A stretch of DNA of 52,285 nucleotides from a virus (Duplodnaviria; Caudoviricetes). Positions 10,403-21,300 of the stretch are shown one piece after another (position 1 is the first letter of the stretch; each line of letters begins with the position of its first letter). Both the position numbers and the translations under genes were made by a program. Location of the stretch: positions 1 through 52,285 of IMG/VR virus record IMGVR_UViG_3300009149_000045; one strand, given 5' to 3'. The notes below the pieces were generated by a model that saw only the letters and a program-made list of their open reading frames with translations, did not search any database and had not been told where the DNA came from.

Positions 10403-12588
10403 TGAATCCAACAGAACAATCTTATATTTTAAGGCGTTTAGAAAAGGTAGAAGCACAAGTAAAGAATATAAATAAAGGTGGCGATTCAAAAGCAGTTAAA
10501 TCAAAAAATAAAGAAACTATTGTGCGAGCTATTTGTAGAAATGAAGATGGTCTTGAATCAAATAGATTAGTTAGAATATGGACAAGAAAAATTGACGATG
10601 GAGATCCAGCAGATGATGAGATGGGTGGACTTCCTTCTTGCGATTATATAGATAGTAATAATAGTGATTTTAGATACGGTGTAACAGTACATAAAGTTAA
10701 TAAAGAAAACGATGTTGTCTCTATACAAATAACAGGTGCTATACTAATCGCTTTTGAATCTAATGAAAATACAAAAGTAAAATATGGAACACCGCTTTTC
10801 CCAATAAGTACGGAAGGTAAAATAGCAGGATTTGGCGATGACATCTATTCTTTAAATACGTGTATAGCATTGGAATCAGAAAATGACGATGAAGAATACA
10901 CTGCAATAAAATGTCTTTTAATGACTTCCAAAGATAATTCTTGGATAAAGGTAAAAAATATTTATGAAGATATAATACCTGATAATGGAGTTATGGAAGC
11001 GGAATACGTAGGAGATTACTATGAAGTAACTAGACCAACTGAAGATAGTATGAAAAATATTTTAATCTTAGATGATAATGATTTAGCAATAGATGAAGAA
11101 AGATTCCTGCAATTGAAGGGTATATATAATGCTAGATATAGTTCGGATGACATTATAAATCCTAATGATAAAGTTGGGTCAACAGCAGATAGCTTTGAAC
11201 TAAGTCTTAATAAAAGAGGATTGTATGCATATGGGACAACGGGGGGGCGCTGCTCAGTGCGTTTTTTTAGCTTGGGCTATGAATTATCTGGATCATATTC
11301 GAATTCTAGATCATTAGGTGATAGTTACTTAGGTTACAGTGATGACATAGAAAGCTATTCTGAAAAAATAGGTGATTACGCAGGTGGAACAAGAGCTTTA
11401 TCAACATGGTATCCAGCAACGGAATCAACTTTAGAATTACTGCATTTTACTCTTGATGATTATTCAAGTTATTCTGACTATACTCTATTGGGGGAGATAA
11501 CTTCTGATTTTGGAAACAATTGGACAGTGATATCATCATATCCAGGCGGCGGACATTTTTTTAATTACCCTTCTTGGTGGAATTATAGTGGCGTTTATCC
11601 CGTACACTTGCAGTCATATCTTTCAAATTTATCTTACGTCAGGGGAGATAGTGACGAAATTTTTGCTTCATTAAATTTGGCAAAAGACGCGGGTGGTAGT
11701 CCATTAAATGAAACGCGATGTATAGCTAAATCCTCTGATAATGGTGTAACTTGGTATCGAAACTTAGAATTGGAAGCAAAAATTGGAACCCTTAAAACTT
11801 ATAAATCCGCACCTTGGGAATTTTTAAGCATATTGGAGTCAAGTAAATACCACTCCACATATCCCACCTATGTTAGCACTGCTCTAGTGATGAACTGGGA
11901 AATCCCAGATACATCTGATCGTTATAGAGTTATTTATAACATCTATTCCACAGACTCGGGGACCACTTGGAGTCATGAAATACTTTTAGAAGGTGACCTA
12001 AACGATCCTGGATATGGAGACGTTTGGATTAGATATTTTACGACATCTCCGACCAACCTTACAGCGAAGGAGAAATATTTTTGTGCATCATCTGGCAGTA
12101 AAATTGGTACACCAAGCGAAAATACCCCATTCTGGATTTCTGACAATTCTGGTGTTTCTTGGTCTAAAAAATATGTACCGTCAGGTTACGCGGTATCTGG
12201 AGATTTCAGAGACCCTCCAAACAAAATATATTGGATAAGAGACTCCACTAATTTACCAGACTCTATGGTATTATTTTTTGTTATGGAAGATTCGAGTAAT
12301 GCTAGAATCAGCCATTTAATACGATCAGACGATTTAGGTGATACTTGGACAGAATTAGCAACTTTAGAATATTCAGACGTACATGGATATAGGTACTTTA
12401 ATAATCCTACGTTATTGTTTTCCGAAAGAGAACCGGGAACAATCTTCTGCGTTGGTCCTGCTCCAACTTTGCCAGAATATGGACATCAAGCAATTTGGAT
12501 AAGCTTTGATTGGGGTGTAACTTTCGAATTAAGCGATAATTATGGATTCTCCAATAATTCAATTTTTGAACATATTAACTTGACATAA
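10399..12588 (+). CDS. Putative receptor-binding/tail spike protein with Asp-box (BNR) beta-propeller
   Basis: Six SxDxGxTW-like boxes (TSDFGNNW, SSDNGVTW, STDSGTTW, SDNSGVSW, SDDLGDTW, SFDWGVTF); last gene of tail module; AGGAG RBS. Confidence 0.7.
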   Translation: MMNPTEQSYILRRLEKVEAQVKNINKGGDSKAVKSKNKETIVRAICRNEDGLESNRLVRIWTRKIDDGDPADDEMGGLPSCDYIDSNNSDFRYGVTVHKVNKENDVVSIQITGAILIAFESNENTKVKYGTPLFPISTEGKIAGFGDDIYSLNTCIALESENDDEEYTAIKCLLMTSKDNSWIKVKNIYEDIIPDNGVMEAEYVGDYYEVTRPTEDSMKNILILDDNDLAIDEERFLQLKGIYNARYSSDDIINPNDKVGSTADSFELSLNKRGLYAYGTTGGRCSVRFFSLGYELSGSYSNSRSLGDSYLGYSDDIESYSEKIGDYAGGTRALSTWYPATESTLELLHFTLDDYSSYSDYTLLGEITSDFGNNWTVISSYPGGGHFFNYPSWWNYSGVYPVHLQSYLSNLSYVRGDSDEIFASLNLAKDAGGSPLNETRCIAKSSDNGVTWYRNLELEAKIGTLKTYKSAPWEFLSILESSKYHSTYPTYVSTALVMNWEIPDTSDRYRVIYNIYSTDSGTTWSHEILLEGDLNDPGYGDVWIRYFTTSPTNLTAKEKYFCASSGSKIGTPSENTPFWISDNSGVSWSKKYVPSGYAVSGDFRDPPNKIYWIRDSTNLPDSMVLFFVMEDSSNARISHLIRSDDLGDTWTELATLEYSDVHGYRYFNNPTLLFSEREPGTIFCVGPAPTLPEYGHQAIWISFDWGVTFELSDNYGFSNNSIFEHINLT

Positions 12589-12614
12589 TATATAAACATC
12601 TAATTTTACTTGAG

Positions 12615-12640
12615 CCGTTATTACTATTATAACGGTTTTT
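12615..12640 (+). terminator. Intrinsic terminator-like hairpin closing the tail module
   Basis: CCGTTAT-tactatt-ATAACGG followed by TTTTT. Confidence 0.55.
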
Positions 12641-12653
12641 GTATGGAGTAATC

Positions 12654-14504
12654 ATGAGAAATTGTGTAAGAACTCAACTATTGTCACATGGATGGATATT
12701 GTTAAATATAAAGGCTAACAGTCGTGAGCTTTTTAATAATATTCTAATTAAGTTAAAATCACAATTACCTGTGATGATATATGATAGAACTAGAAAACGT
12801 TATAAAGCTTCAATATTTTATTTAGATGAATTAAAAAATATCTGTGAAAAATATGGCATTGATCTGTATTGTTCACAAGGAACCTTAAAATATAAGAAAG
12901 ACTTTGATAGAAAGTTTAGTAATATACGAAATGTAAAAAATTCTAAAAAATTTAAATCTATATTTTGGACCGATAACAAAAAATGTCAATTATATCCAGA
13001 TCAAGTAAAAGCTGTTAATATCTTATTCAATACTTTGGGATGTAAATTAGGTGGTTTTGCTATTGGTGATGATATGGGAGTTGGTAAAACCGCTGAATCA
13101 CTAGCCGTAATGTGTAAACTGTTTGAAAATGGATATGAACAGACATTGATAGTTGTTCCTAATAGATTAAAATATCAATGGAAGGATGAAATATTAAAAT
13201 TTACAAAATTTAAAGAAAAAGATATAAGTGTGGTCGATGGCAACAATCTTAAATGCATACTTAATAAAATAGATAAACCTGATTTTAGAAAGCCATTGTG
13301 TAAAAAATGCAGTAGATGTGACGAATGCAAAAACTTAAAAACTAATCCTAATCTATTAAGGAATCTACAAATAAATAGTGGAATAATCATAATAATAAAT
13401 TATGAAATACTAGACAAACATAAAAAAGAATTGAAGAAAGAACAGTTTGATATAATTATAATAGACGAAGCGACTAGGATAAAGAATTTTAATTCTATAA
13501 GAACTAAAGCTTTCTTTGAAATTAGAAAAGCATTACCGGCACATTGTTTAATTTTTCCGATGTCTGGAACTTTTATTGAAAATAGATTAGAAGAAATATA
13601 TAATCCTTATACATTAATAAATCCTAAGATATTTGGAGAACATTATTGTTTTAAGAATCATTATTTATTGTATGATTATTATAACAGTGTCATAGGATAT
13701 AAAAATAAAAAGAGTCTTAAAAAGATAATAAGATCCTGGATGGTAAGACGTACAATCGAAAGTGTATGGAAGGACAGACCAAAACTTACAGAAATTACTA
13801 GAGTGTGTGTCATGAATGAAAAACATAGAAAGTTTTATGAAGATATAAAAACAGCTAAGATGGCAGAGCTTCATGATTTAGAATTACAAGATAAATTAAA
13901 CACTGCTTCCATTGGTGCGTTATTAATGTACCTCATACAGATTTGTGATTCAACAGAAACTATAGATCCAAATTTAAAGTTATCTTGTAAAATAGATTAC
14001 CTAAAGGAATTAGTAACGGAAGAAATATCAAGAAAGAAGAAGATCGTTATATTTTCATTTTTTGCTAATAAAGTGATTCCAATTATAAAAAGAGAATTGA
14101 ATGCTTTAAATTGTGGAAAAGTTTTATCAATCGTAGGCGGTGTTAGCCTAGACAAAGCAGAAATAATAAAGCAGAAATTTTTAACTAAGAAGGATTATAG
14201 ATTTTTAGTGTGTAGTGATTCTATGTCTTATGGAGCTAACTTGCAAGCGGCAGAATATGTTATAAATTTTGACCTTCTATGGAATCCTGCTACCTTAGAT
14301 CAAAGAATGAAGAGGGTGTACAGAAGGGGACAAAAGAATAATGTTACGGTTATAAATCTGGTGACTGAAAATACTATTGAAGATCGTATTATGGAAGTAT
14401 TAGGTTCAAAAAGAGAACTATTTTCCTATTTTATAGGTTATGGCAGTAAAAAAATAGTTAAGCCTACATTAAAAACTTTATTGAGTATTCTTAAGGCTAA
14501 TTAA
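12654..14504 (+). CDS. SNF2-family helicase/ATPase
   Basis: DDMGVGKT, IIDEATRIKN, SGTFIENRLEE, GANLQAAEYVINFDLLWNPA, QRMKRVYRRGQ; GGAG RBS before ATG 12654. Confidence 0.92.
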   Translation: MRNCVRTQLLSHGWILLNIKANSRELFNNILIKLKSQLPVMIYDRTRKRYKASIFYLDELKNICEKYGIDLYCSQGTLKYKKDFDRKFSNIRNVKNSKKFKSIFWTDNKKCQLYPDQVKAVNILFNTLGCKLGGFAIGDDMGVGKTAESLAVMCKLFENGYEQTLIVVPNRLKYQWKDEILKFTKFKEKDISVVDGNNLKCILNKIDKPDFRKPLCKKCSRCDECKNLKTNPNLLRNLQINSGIIIIINYEILDKHKKELKKEQFDIIIIDEATRIKNFNSIRTKAFFEIRKALPAHCLIFPMSGTFIENRLEEIYNPYTLINPKIFGEHYCFKNHYLLYDYYNSVIGYKNKKSLKKIIRSWMVRRTIESVWKDRPKLTEITRVCVMNEKHRKFYEDIKTAKMAELHDLELQDKLNTASIGALLMYLIQICDSTETIDPNLKLSCKIDYLKELVTEEISRKKKIVIFSFFANKVIPIIKRELNALNCGKVLSIVGGVSLDKAEIIKQKFLTKKDYRFLVCSDSMSYGANLQAAEYVINFDLLWNPATLDQRMKRVYRRGQKNNVTVINLVTENTIEDRIMEVLGSKRELFSYFIGYGSKKIVKPTLKTLLSILKAN

Positions 14505-14569
14505 ACAATCCTGCTGTATAGTTTTAAGTTATATACACACAACTATACGCCAAACAATAAAGGTAGTCT

Positions 14570-15493
14570 ATGAACGATTTATTAAACTTTATTTGTATAC
14601 CTGATATAGTTTTCGATAGGATTGCATGTGTAAATGGTAAACGAGTCCATAGAATATTCTATGTTATTCTGAAGAATGGTTGTATTACAAAAACTAAACT
14701 CATCGAAGAATGTGGATATGATAAAAATGGAATGAATAAAGCTATTCTGACTTTGATTAATATTGGACTAATTAATAAGTTTATGAATAAAGATGGAATA
14801 ATAGTTTATTTTATAAGTGGTCTTATCCTTAGCAAAATAAAATTAATTTGTGGAGAATGTAAATATGGAAAAATAAGAACAAAAAAGATAGATGATTGTT
14901 CGGTTAGATATATTAATTGTAAAAGAATTAAGCCAGAATCCTGTATAAAAAATAGATTCAGAGAATACTATAACGCATATAAAATCATATCACTATCATT
15001 TAGAAATATCACAGAAGTTGAAAACTTAAAAAGAGAAAAGATTGAAGAAGAAAATATTCTTGAACAAAATTCCGATGAATGGAATGCAACGAAATTTAAT
15101 AAATTTGTGATTGCATTATATTATGAGTTTTTTGATGATGTTATAGTAACTGGTAATTTTAGAAAAATCTTACACAATAAAATGAGATCATTATGTAAAA
15201 TATTCTTTGACATAATTGGCAAAAACTGGCGGAGGGCTTTAAGGTGTTATTTATATTCAGAACTATTAGAAGCAAAAAACAAAAGTCGTGGTATAAACTG
15301 GGACTATGTAATAGATCTGAATCATATAAAAAAGATAATTGAAAAGATCAATATAGATTTTAAAAGGATAAACAGGTGTAAGATAAAAAATATCAATTGT
15401 AAATATATGCAGAAGGACGGTTGCTCATTAATTAAAGATGGAATTGGATGTAGTCAAAATATAATAAACTATATGAAAAGAAGATACTCTTGA
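14570..15493 (+). CDS. Putative replication initiator/helicase loader (N-terminal wHTH, Cys-rich)
   Basis: ITKTKLIEECGYDKNGMNKAILTLINIGLI wHTH-like; CxxC clusters; overlaps dnaB start. Confidence 0.4.
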   Translation: MNDLLNFICIPDIVFDRIACVNGKRVHRIFYVILKNGCITKTKLIEECGYDKNGMNKAILTLINIGLINKFMNKDGIIVYFISGLILSKIKLICGECKYGKIRTKKIDDCSVRYINCKRIKPESCIKNRFREYYNAYKIISLSFRNITEVENLKREKIEEENILEQNSDEWNATKFNKFVIALYYEFFDDVIVTGNFRKILHNKMRSLCKIFFDIIGKNWRRALRCYLYSELLEAKNKSRGINWDYVIDLNHIKKIIEKINIDFKRINRCKIKNINCKYMQKDGCSLIKDGIGCSQNIINYMKRRYS

Positions 15494-16905
15494 TAAAAAA
15501 GAAAATAAATAGAAAAAGACATAGAACATCTGATTTTAGAAATATCAAACTTGAAAAAAAGTTTGTTGGTGGAATTTTGCAGAACGCTGATTTATTCAGA
15601 CGCGTTATAAGAAGCTTTGATAGTAATGCATTAAGTAGTGATAAACTAAAATGGATATATGATAAGGCTGTAAACTTTTATAATCAAGAAGGAGTTATTT
15701 TAGATGAAGAATCGTTCGAAATGATTTTAGATATGAATAACAATAAAAGAGAATTCTATCGTGTCCTATGGAAAAGTCTTTTTACAATCGGAAAAAATTT
15801 AAAAGAGGCATCCGTGATAGCTGCCAAAAATAAATTGAATAGACAATACCAAGCGAGAATAATTGAACTGGGAATGAAAGAAACATTAGATAATCTATTA
15901 AAAGCAATAGCTGGTGACGATTCGTATATCGATAAGGCTACTTCAGCAGTGTTAAACACTGCTGAACTCATAAGTATAAAAGATACGCCTGTGATAATAT
16001 CAGACCCGATAGCAAAATATGAAGAATATGAATTATTCCATAAGCGAGTGCAAAAGAATCCAGAGGACTTTTTAGGAGTACCAACTGGCATAGAACAATT
16101 AGATAGTAGGATGAAGGGTTTAAGAAATTCAGAGTTTGGATTAATAACTGCTGGAACAGGTATAGGTAAGTCAATCATATTACTAGACATAGCTACGCAT
16201 GTTTGGATTACAAAAGGAGATATCATATATGTAACAATCGAAATGCCAGAAGATCAGATTCGGCAGAGATTTTACTGTAGATTAACAGGTATTGATTATG
16301 CTTATTTTAGATATTTTGAATTAAATAAAGAACATTTTAAGAAACTTAATAGGAAAATGAAATGGGCTAGGAATCACGAATATATGTTTAATATTATAGA
16401 TGTAGCAGAGTCAGCTACAGTCAATGTTATAAAAGCAGAAATAGAAAGCTTACTCAAAAAATCAAACAACGTTAAAGCAATCTTCATAGATTACTTGAAT
16501 ATTTTAAGATCTGGATCAGGTTCTGGTAATATAAACTTAGACTGGAAAAGTCAGATAGAAGTAGCAATAGAAATTAAACAAAAGATAGCACGATACTTTC
16601 AATTGCCAGTGTGGTCTGCAAACCAGTTAGCCGGTGCTTCTTCTGGAAAAGAATTTATCCAGATTAGTGATATGGCATTTGCAAAGAATCTACCCGACCA
16701 GACTGATGTTAATGTTTATATAGCTGAAATGGAAGATACAGAAGAAACAGGTTTATTAAAGATGGGTTTTTTGAAGACAAGAGACTTTCGAGCGGAATCA
16801 TTTACTGTAAAAGACAATAGGAATAAAATGCGCTTTAGTAATTATAACGAAAAAAAACAAGTCGACATATTAGTTTCTAATAATGAAAGGAAAATCAAAA
16901 CATGA
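15490..16905 (+). CDS. dnaB: Replicative DnaB-like helicase
   Basis: GVPTGIEQLD, Walker A AGTGIGKS, VTIEM, IFIDYL, PVWSANQL, KTR. Confidence 0.92.
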   Translation: MIKKKINRKRHRTSDFRNIKLEKKFVGGILQNADLFRRVIRSFDSNALSSDKLKWIYDKAVNFYNQEGVILDEESFEMILDMNNNKREFYRVLWKSLFTIGKNLKEASVIAAKNKLNRQYQARIIELGMKETLDNLLKAIAGDDSYIDKATSAVLNTAELISIKDTPVIISDPIAKYEEYELFHKRVQKNPEDFLGVPTGIEQLDSRMKGLRNSEFGLITAGTGIGKSIILLDIATHVWITKGDIIYVTIEMPEDQIRQRFYCRLTGIDYAYFRYFELNKEHFKKLNRKMKWARNHEYMFNIIDVAESATVNVIKAEIESLLKKSNNVKAIFIDYLNILRSGSGSGNINLDWKSQIEVAIEIKQKIARYFQLPVWSANQLAGASSGKEFIQISDMAFAKNLPDQTDVNVYIAEMEDTEETGLLKMGFLKTRDFRAESFTVKDNRNKMRFSNYNEKKQVDILVSNNERKIKT

Positions 16906-18008
16906 GTATCGTAATAGAGAAGATAAGTGATCTATTGACTCTGAATATAAAAGAAGGTGACAAACTAGACGTTATTATAGGAAATAGAAGTAGTGGCGTT
17001 ATAAATGATAAGACTAACATAATGTTTAGGATAGCTTATATTCTTTGGGTATTAAGAGGATCAAACCAGTTAGAAGACCTAATGTACTATTCTAACCATA
17101 TGTTTCATTATTCTGATAATTTAACTAATCTTAGAGGAGCATACGGTCCTCGTTTAATGTTCTGGGTTGGTGCAGATCAATTACAAGACGCTATCAATGT
17201 AAACATGAATATCGATGATGATAAAGATTTTGTTAAACCAGACGGTATTAATCAAATAAAGTCTATATATGAAGACTTTTCTGAATACAAGGTTAATACT
17301 TCTGTTGCAGTTATAAAAGATCCAGCAATTGATTTTGAAATTTCTAATGATATACCTGACTTGATATCTATGACGTTTTATAAAAAGACTGGCGATGGTG
17401 AGTTATTAAACCTACAAATGAACTATTCGCGTTTCGATTTAAATGAAAATCACTTAAATGACATTTATTTGGGAAGATTTTTATTGAGACTGTTGTGCGA
17501 TTCATTACACTTTGACATGGGCGTAATAAATGTGAACTCATCTTATTGCGTAGAATATGAGCAATCACTAAAAATAGAATTATATGAAATTCCGCCAGTA
17601 TATGATAATAGTGAAGAAGAAATTGTTAGCGACGTTTCAACAATAGAGAATGGTATCGAAGATATTCACAAACTATTCTTTTTAGATAGGCATATAAAAA
17701 ATATGATAACAAGTAATATAGCGACAATAGAAGACGTTTCTATAGAAACTATAACTGAAGCCATTGAAAGAAAAATAATATCTAACATAAATTCAAAGTA
17801 TCTAAAAAACTGTGGATACGCTTTATTGATTGGTGCAATAAAGAAGCATGTACCAACTGAAAGAATGTTTGAAGATTATATTTTACAGCTATTACAAAAG
17901 ATGTCTGGACCCATTAAATATGACATTTCTAAATGGTTATTATATTGTGGTGATAACTTACATACAGTTTTTTCAGAATGCACGGAAACTATAGATCAAG
18001 ATGGCTAA
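16902..18008 (+). CDS. Thymidylate synthase/dNMP hydroxymethylase fold protein lacking catalytic residues
   Basis: LWVLRGSN, YSDN..LRGAYGPRL, INQI, DPAID...NDIPD (Cys replaced by Asp), HLNDIY. Confidence 0.75.
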   Translation: MSIVIEKISDLLTLNIKEGDKLDVIIGNRSSGVINDKTNIMFRIAYILWVLRGSNQLEDLMYYSNHMFHYSDNLTNLRGAYGPRLMFWVGADQLQDAINVNMNIDDDKDFVKPDGINQIKSIYEDFSEYKVNTSVAVIKDPAIDFEISNDIPDLISMTFYKKTGDGELLNLQMNYSRFDLNENHLNDIYLGRFLLRLLCDSLHFDMGVINVNSSYCVEYEQSLKIELYEIPPVYDNSEEEIVSDVSTIENGIEDIHKLFFLDRHIKNMITSNIATIEDVSIETITEAIERKIISNINSKYLKNCGYALLIGAIKKHVPTERMFEDYILQLLQKMSGPIKYDISKWLLYCGDNLHTVFSECTETIDQDG

Positions 18009-18336
18009 AAAATACGGAACAACAAGATATAAAACAGACGAAGAATTTATAAGCGAATTTATGAGAGAAACTAATGTAAGTAAAGAAAAGGCTGATATTT
18101 ATGTGAAAGCTTTTGCAGATTGTATAAAAAAGTGTGTAGAACTAAATGGCGTCTTAAATATAAGAGGATTGGGAATTTTTGCATTAAAATCAAAAAAGAA
18201 TATAAAAGTAAAGAGTTATAAGACTGGAGAAAATAAACTCATACCTATAATCTATAGAGTATTATTCGATGCTTCATTTTCTTTTAGAAATTTAATAAAT
18301 GCTAAGGTAAGAAAAAGTTTAAAGGATATGCAATGA
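18001..18336 (+). CDS. HU/IHF-like DNA-binding protein
   Basis: LNIRGLGIFAL...SYKTGE..IP...VLFDAS..FRN. Confidence 0.85.
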   Translation: MAKKYGTTRYKTDEEFISEFMRETNVSKEKADIYVKAFADCIKKCVELNGVLNIRGLGIFALKSKKNIKVKSYKTGENKLIPIIYRVLFDASFSFRNLINAKVRKSLKDMQ

Positions 18337-21300
18337 ATTATATAAATTTACATCAACATTCACACTATAGTAGATTAGACTCCAATGTTGATGTAGAGAC
18401 TTTGGTAAAAGTTAATAAAAAATTGGGAGCAAACGCCGTAGCTTTAACAGATCATGGAAATTTAGCGGGATCTTTTGAATTATGGAAACACTGTAGAAAT
18501 TATAAAGTAAAACCAATCCTAGGATTAGAAGCTTATTATGTAGATGATTACCAAAATGAAGCTGCACAAATTCCTTATTGCTATAGCCATATTATTTTAC
18601 TAGCTAAGAACGAAACTGGATGGAATAATTTAAAATATATGCAAGCTTATGCGTGGGAGTTAGGATTTAATAGAAAACCTAGGATAGATTTTAAATTATT
18701 AGAAGAACATAGAGAAGGAATAATAGTTACATCTGCTTGTACTGGTGGATTTTTAAATTCTTTATATCTCGGATATGATAAATATTATTCAGTTAAATCT
18801 TTTAAGATAAGAAAAAGGTTAGCAGTAAATCGTCTAAAGAAGTTTAAAAAACTTTTCGGAACTGATTTATATTTGGAAGTTCAATTAAATGATGTTGAAG
18901 ATTATGTAAGGGCAAATAAATTTATAATATCATTAGGTAAAAAGTATGATATTCCAATTATAGTATCAAATGATATTCATTATAAATGTAAAAAAGATGC
19001 AGAAATACATGATATAATAAAATGTGTATCTTTTAATAAGAAATTAAGTGAAGAAAATAATGGTACTTATGATACGCATAGTTTATATGTAGTTGGGTAT
19101 GATGGCTTAGTCGCATTTAAAGAAAAATGGCATGATGATTATATATCAGATTCACAACTAAAAGAATGGTGTAAAAATACACAAAAGATCGCAGATTGTA
19201 TTGAAGAATATCCTATAAAACCAGAACAAAGGACATTACCTTCCTTTTGTAAAGACCCTGACAAAAAATTAAAAGAAATATGCGATATTGGATTTCATAA
19301 TAAGATCATAAATTCTAATCAACCATATTACAAAAAAATGAGAAAAAATAAAAAAATTAGACAAGCCTATGTTGCACGGAATTTATATGAATTAAAGGTT
19401 ATTAAAGAATTAGGGTTCTCTGACTACTATCTGATAGTCTGGGACATAGTTAATAGGGCTAGGGTACTTGGTATACCTTTTAATATGCGCGGCTCTGTGT
19501 GCGGCTCTATGGCTGCTTTCTGCTGTGGAATATCTTGGATAGATCCTATAAGATTTAATTGCCCTTTTGAAAGATTCTTGACTGAAGATAGAATAAGTAT
19601 GCCAGATATGGATATGGATTTTGCTCAATCAAGACGTGAAGAAATGATTAGTTATGTTAGTGAAAAATATGGAGACGAATGTGTAGCACACATTGAAAAT
19701 TTTAGTAAGTGGAAACCTAAAGGTGCGATAAAAGATGTATGTAGGGTATTAGATATTAATTTTCAAGAAGCTAATACCATGACAAAGAAAATACCAGATG
19801 CTGTTAAAATCTGGAATGATATACCGATGGAAATAAACGGTATCCAAAACTTTTTTGATGAGCACGAAGACGTTGAATATTATGCAAAACAACTGATAGG
19901 ATTGATTCATGGTGCTGGAGTTCATGCTAGTGGTATTATAATAACACCAGATCTTCTTAAAAAATGGGTTCCAACTGCATACATGACTGTTAAAAACTCA
20001 GATGAGAAAAAGCCAGTAAAAGTAACTGAATGGGATATGTATGCTTTAGAAGAAATGAATATATTAAAATTAGATTTTCTTGGGCTTAGAAATTTAGATA
20101 TAGTGGCTGACTGTATAAGTTCTATAATTTCTAGATATGACGATCTACCATTTAATGACTTAGATACTATGTATGAACACATATTAGGAAATCTTGATGA
20201 TGATAAAATATATGGAATGTGTCGTAGTGGAAATCTAGTTGGCACATTTCAGATGGGTACAAGTGAAGGAATGCGTGATCTTATAGTAAAAATGGTCCCA
20301 ACTGATATTTCAGATATAATAAATTCAATAGCATTATACAGAACTGCTGTGCTTAAAGCTGGAATGCATTTAGAATATGTTAAGAGAAAATTTGGTGGAT
20401 ACCATAAAAGCATACATCCAAAATTAGACGAAGTATTAAAATCTACGAAGAACGTAATGATTTTTCAAGAACAATGTATGCAGACTGCGGTTACTATGGC
20501 GGGGTTTACACCATCAGACTCAGATCACTTTAGAAAAGGTATTAAATTAAAAGATCCAAAGAAATTTAAAGTATGGAAAAATAAATTTATAAAAGGCTGT
20601 ATGAAATATAGTAACACTGATAAGAAAAAAGCTAACGAAATATGGAAGTTTATTGAGAATTTTTCCGGTTATGGATTCTGTCTTTCCCACGCGACAAGTT
20701 ACGGTGTATTCGCTTACATAACGGCATGGTTGAAGTTTTATTATCCTATCGAATATATGGCTGCTCTGTTGTCTACAAGTATGGAAGATGATAAAAAACT
20801 AAGTATATATATTGCAGAAACAAAGAGAATGAAGATAAGAATAAAATCACCAGAAATTAATAAGTCATGCGAAAAATTTACAATATCTGGCAAAGAAATA
20901 ATATATCCATTTACTGCTATAAAGCAGTGTGGAACTAAAGCTGTAGAAGTAATTCTAAATGAAAGAAAAGAATCCGAATTTGAAGATTTTGGAGATTTCT
21001 TTAATAGAATAAATAAGAGGATAGTAAACGTTGGCGTGATGGTAAATTTAATTCTAGCTGGATGCTTTAGAAAATTTGGACCAAGGGCTAAGATATTTGA
21101 TAGACTAATGTCCTTGAGGGGTAAGGATAAAGTATTCAGAAGCTTATATTGTGAAGACTGTAAATACAGATATCCTATATCTTTAAAACTAAGTGACTAT
21201 GAAAGCAATAAAGCTTCTTGTCCTTCTTGTAATGGTAAAAATATTTCAGTTTATAATATAGATGGTAAGAAATTTGATATATCTTATGTAAATCTTAACG

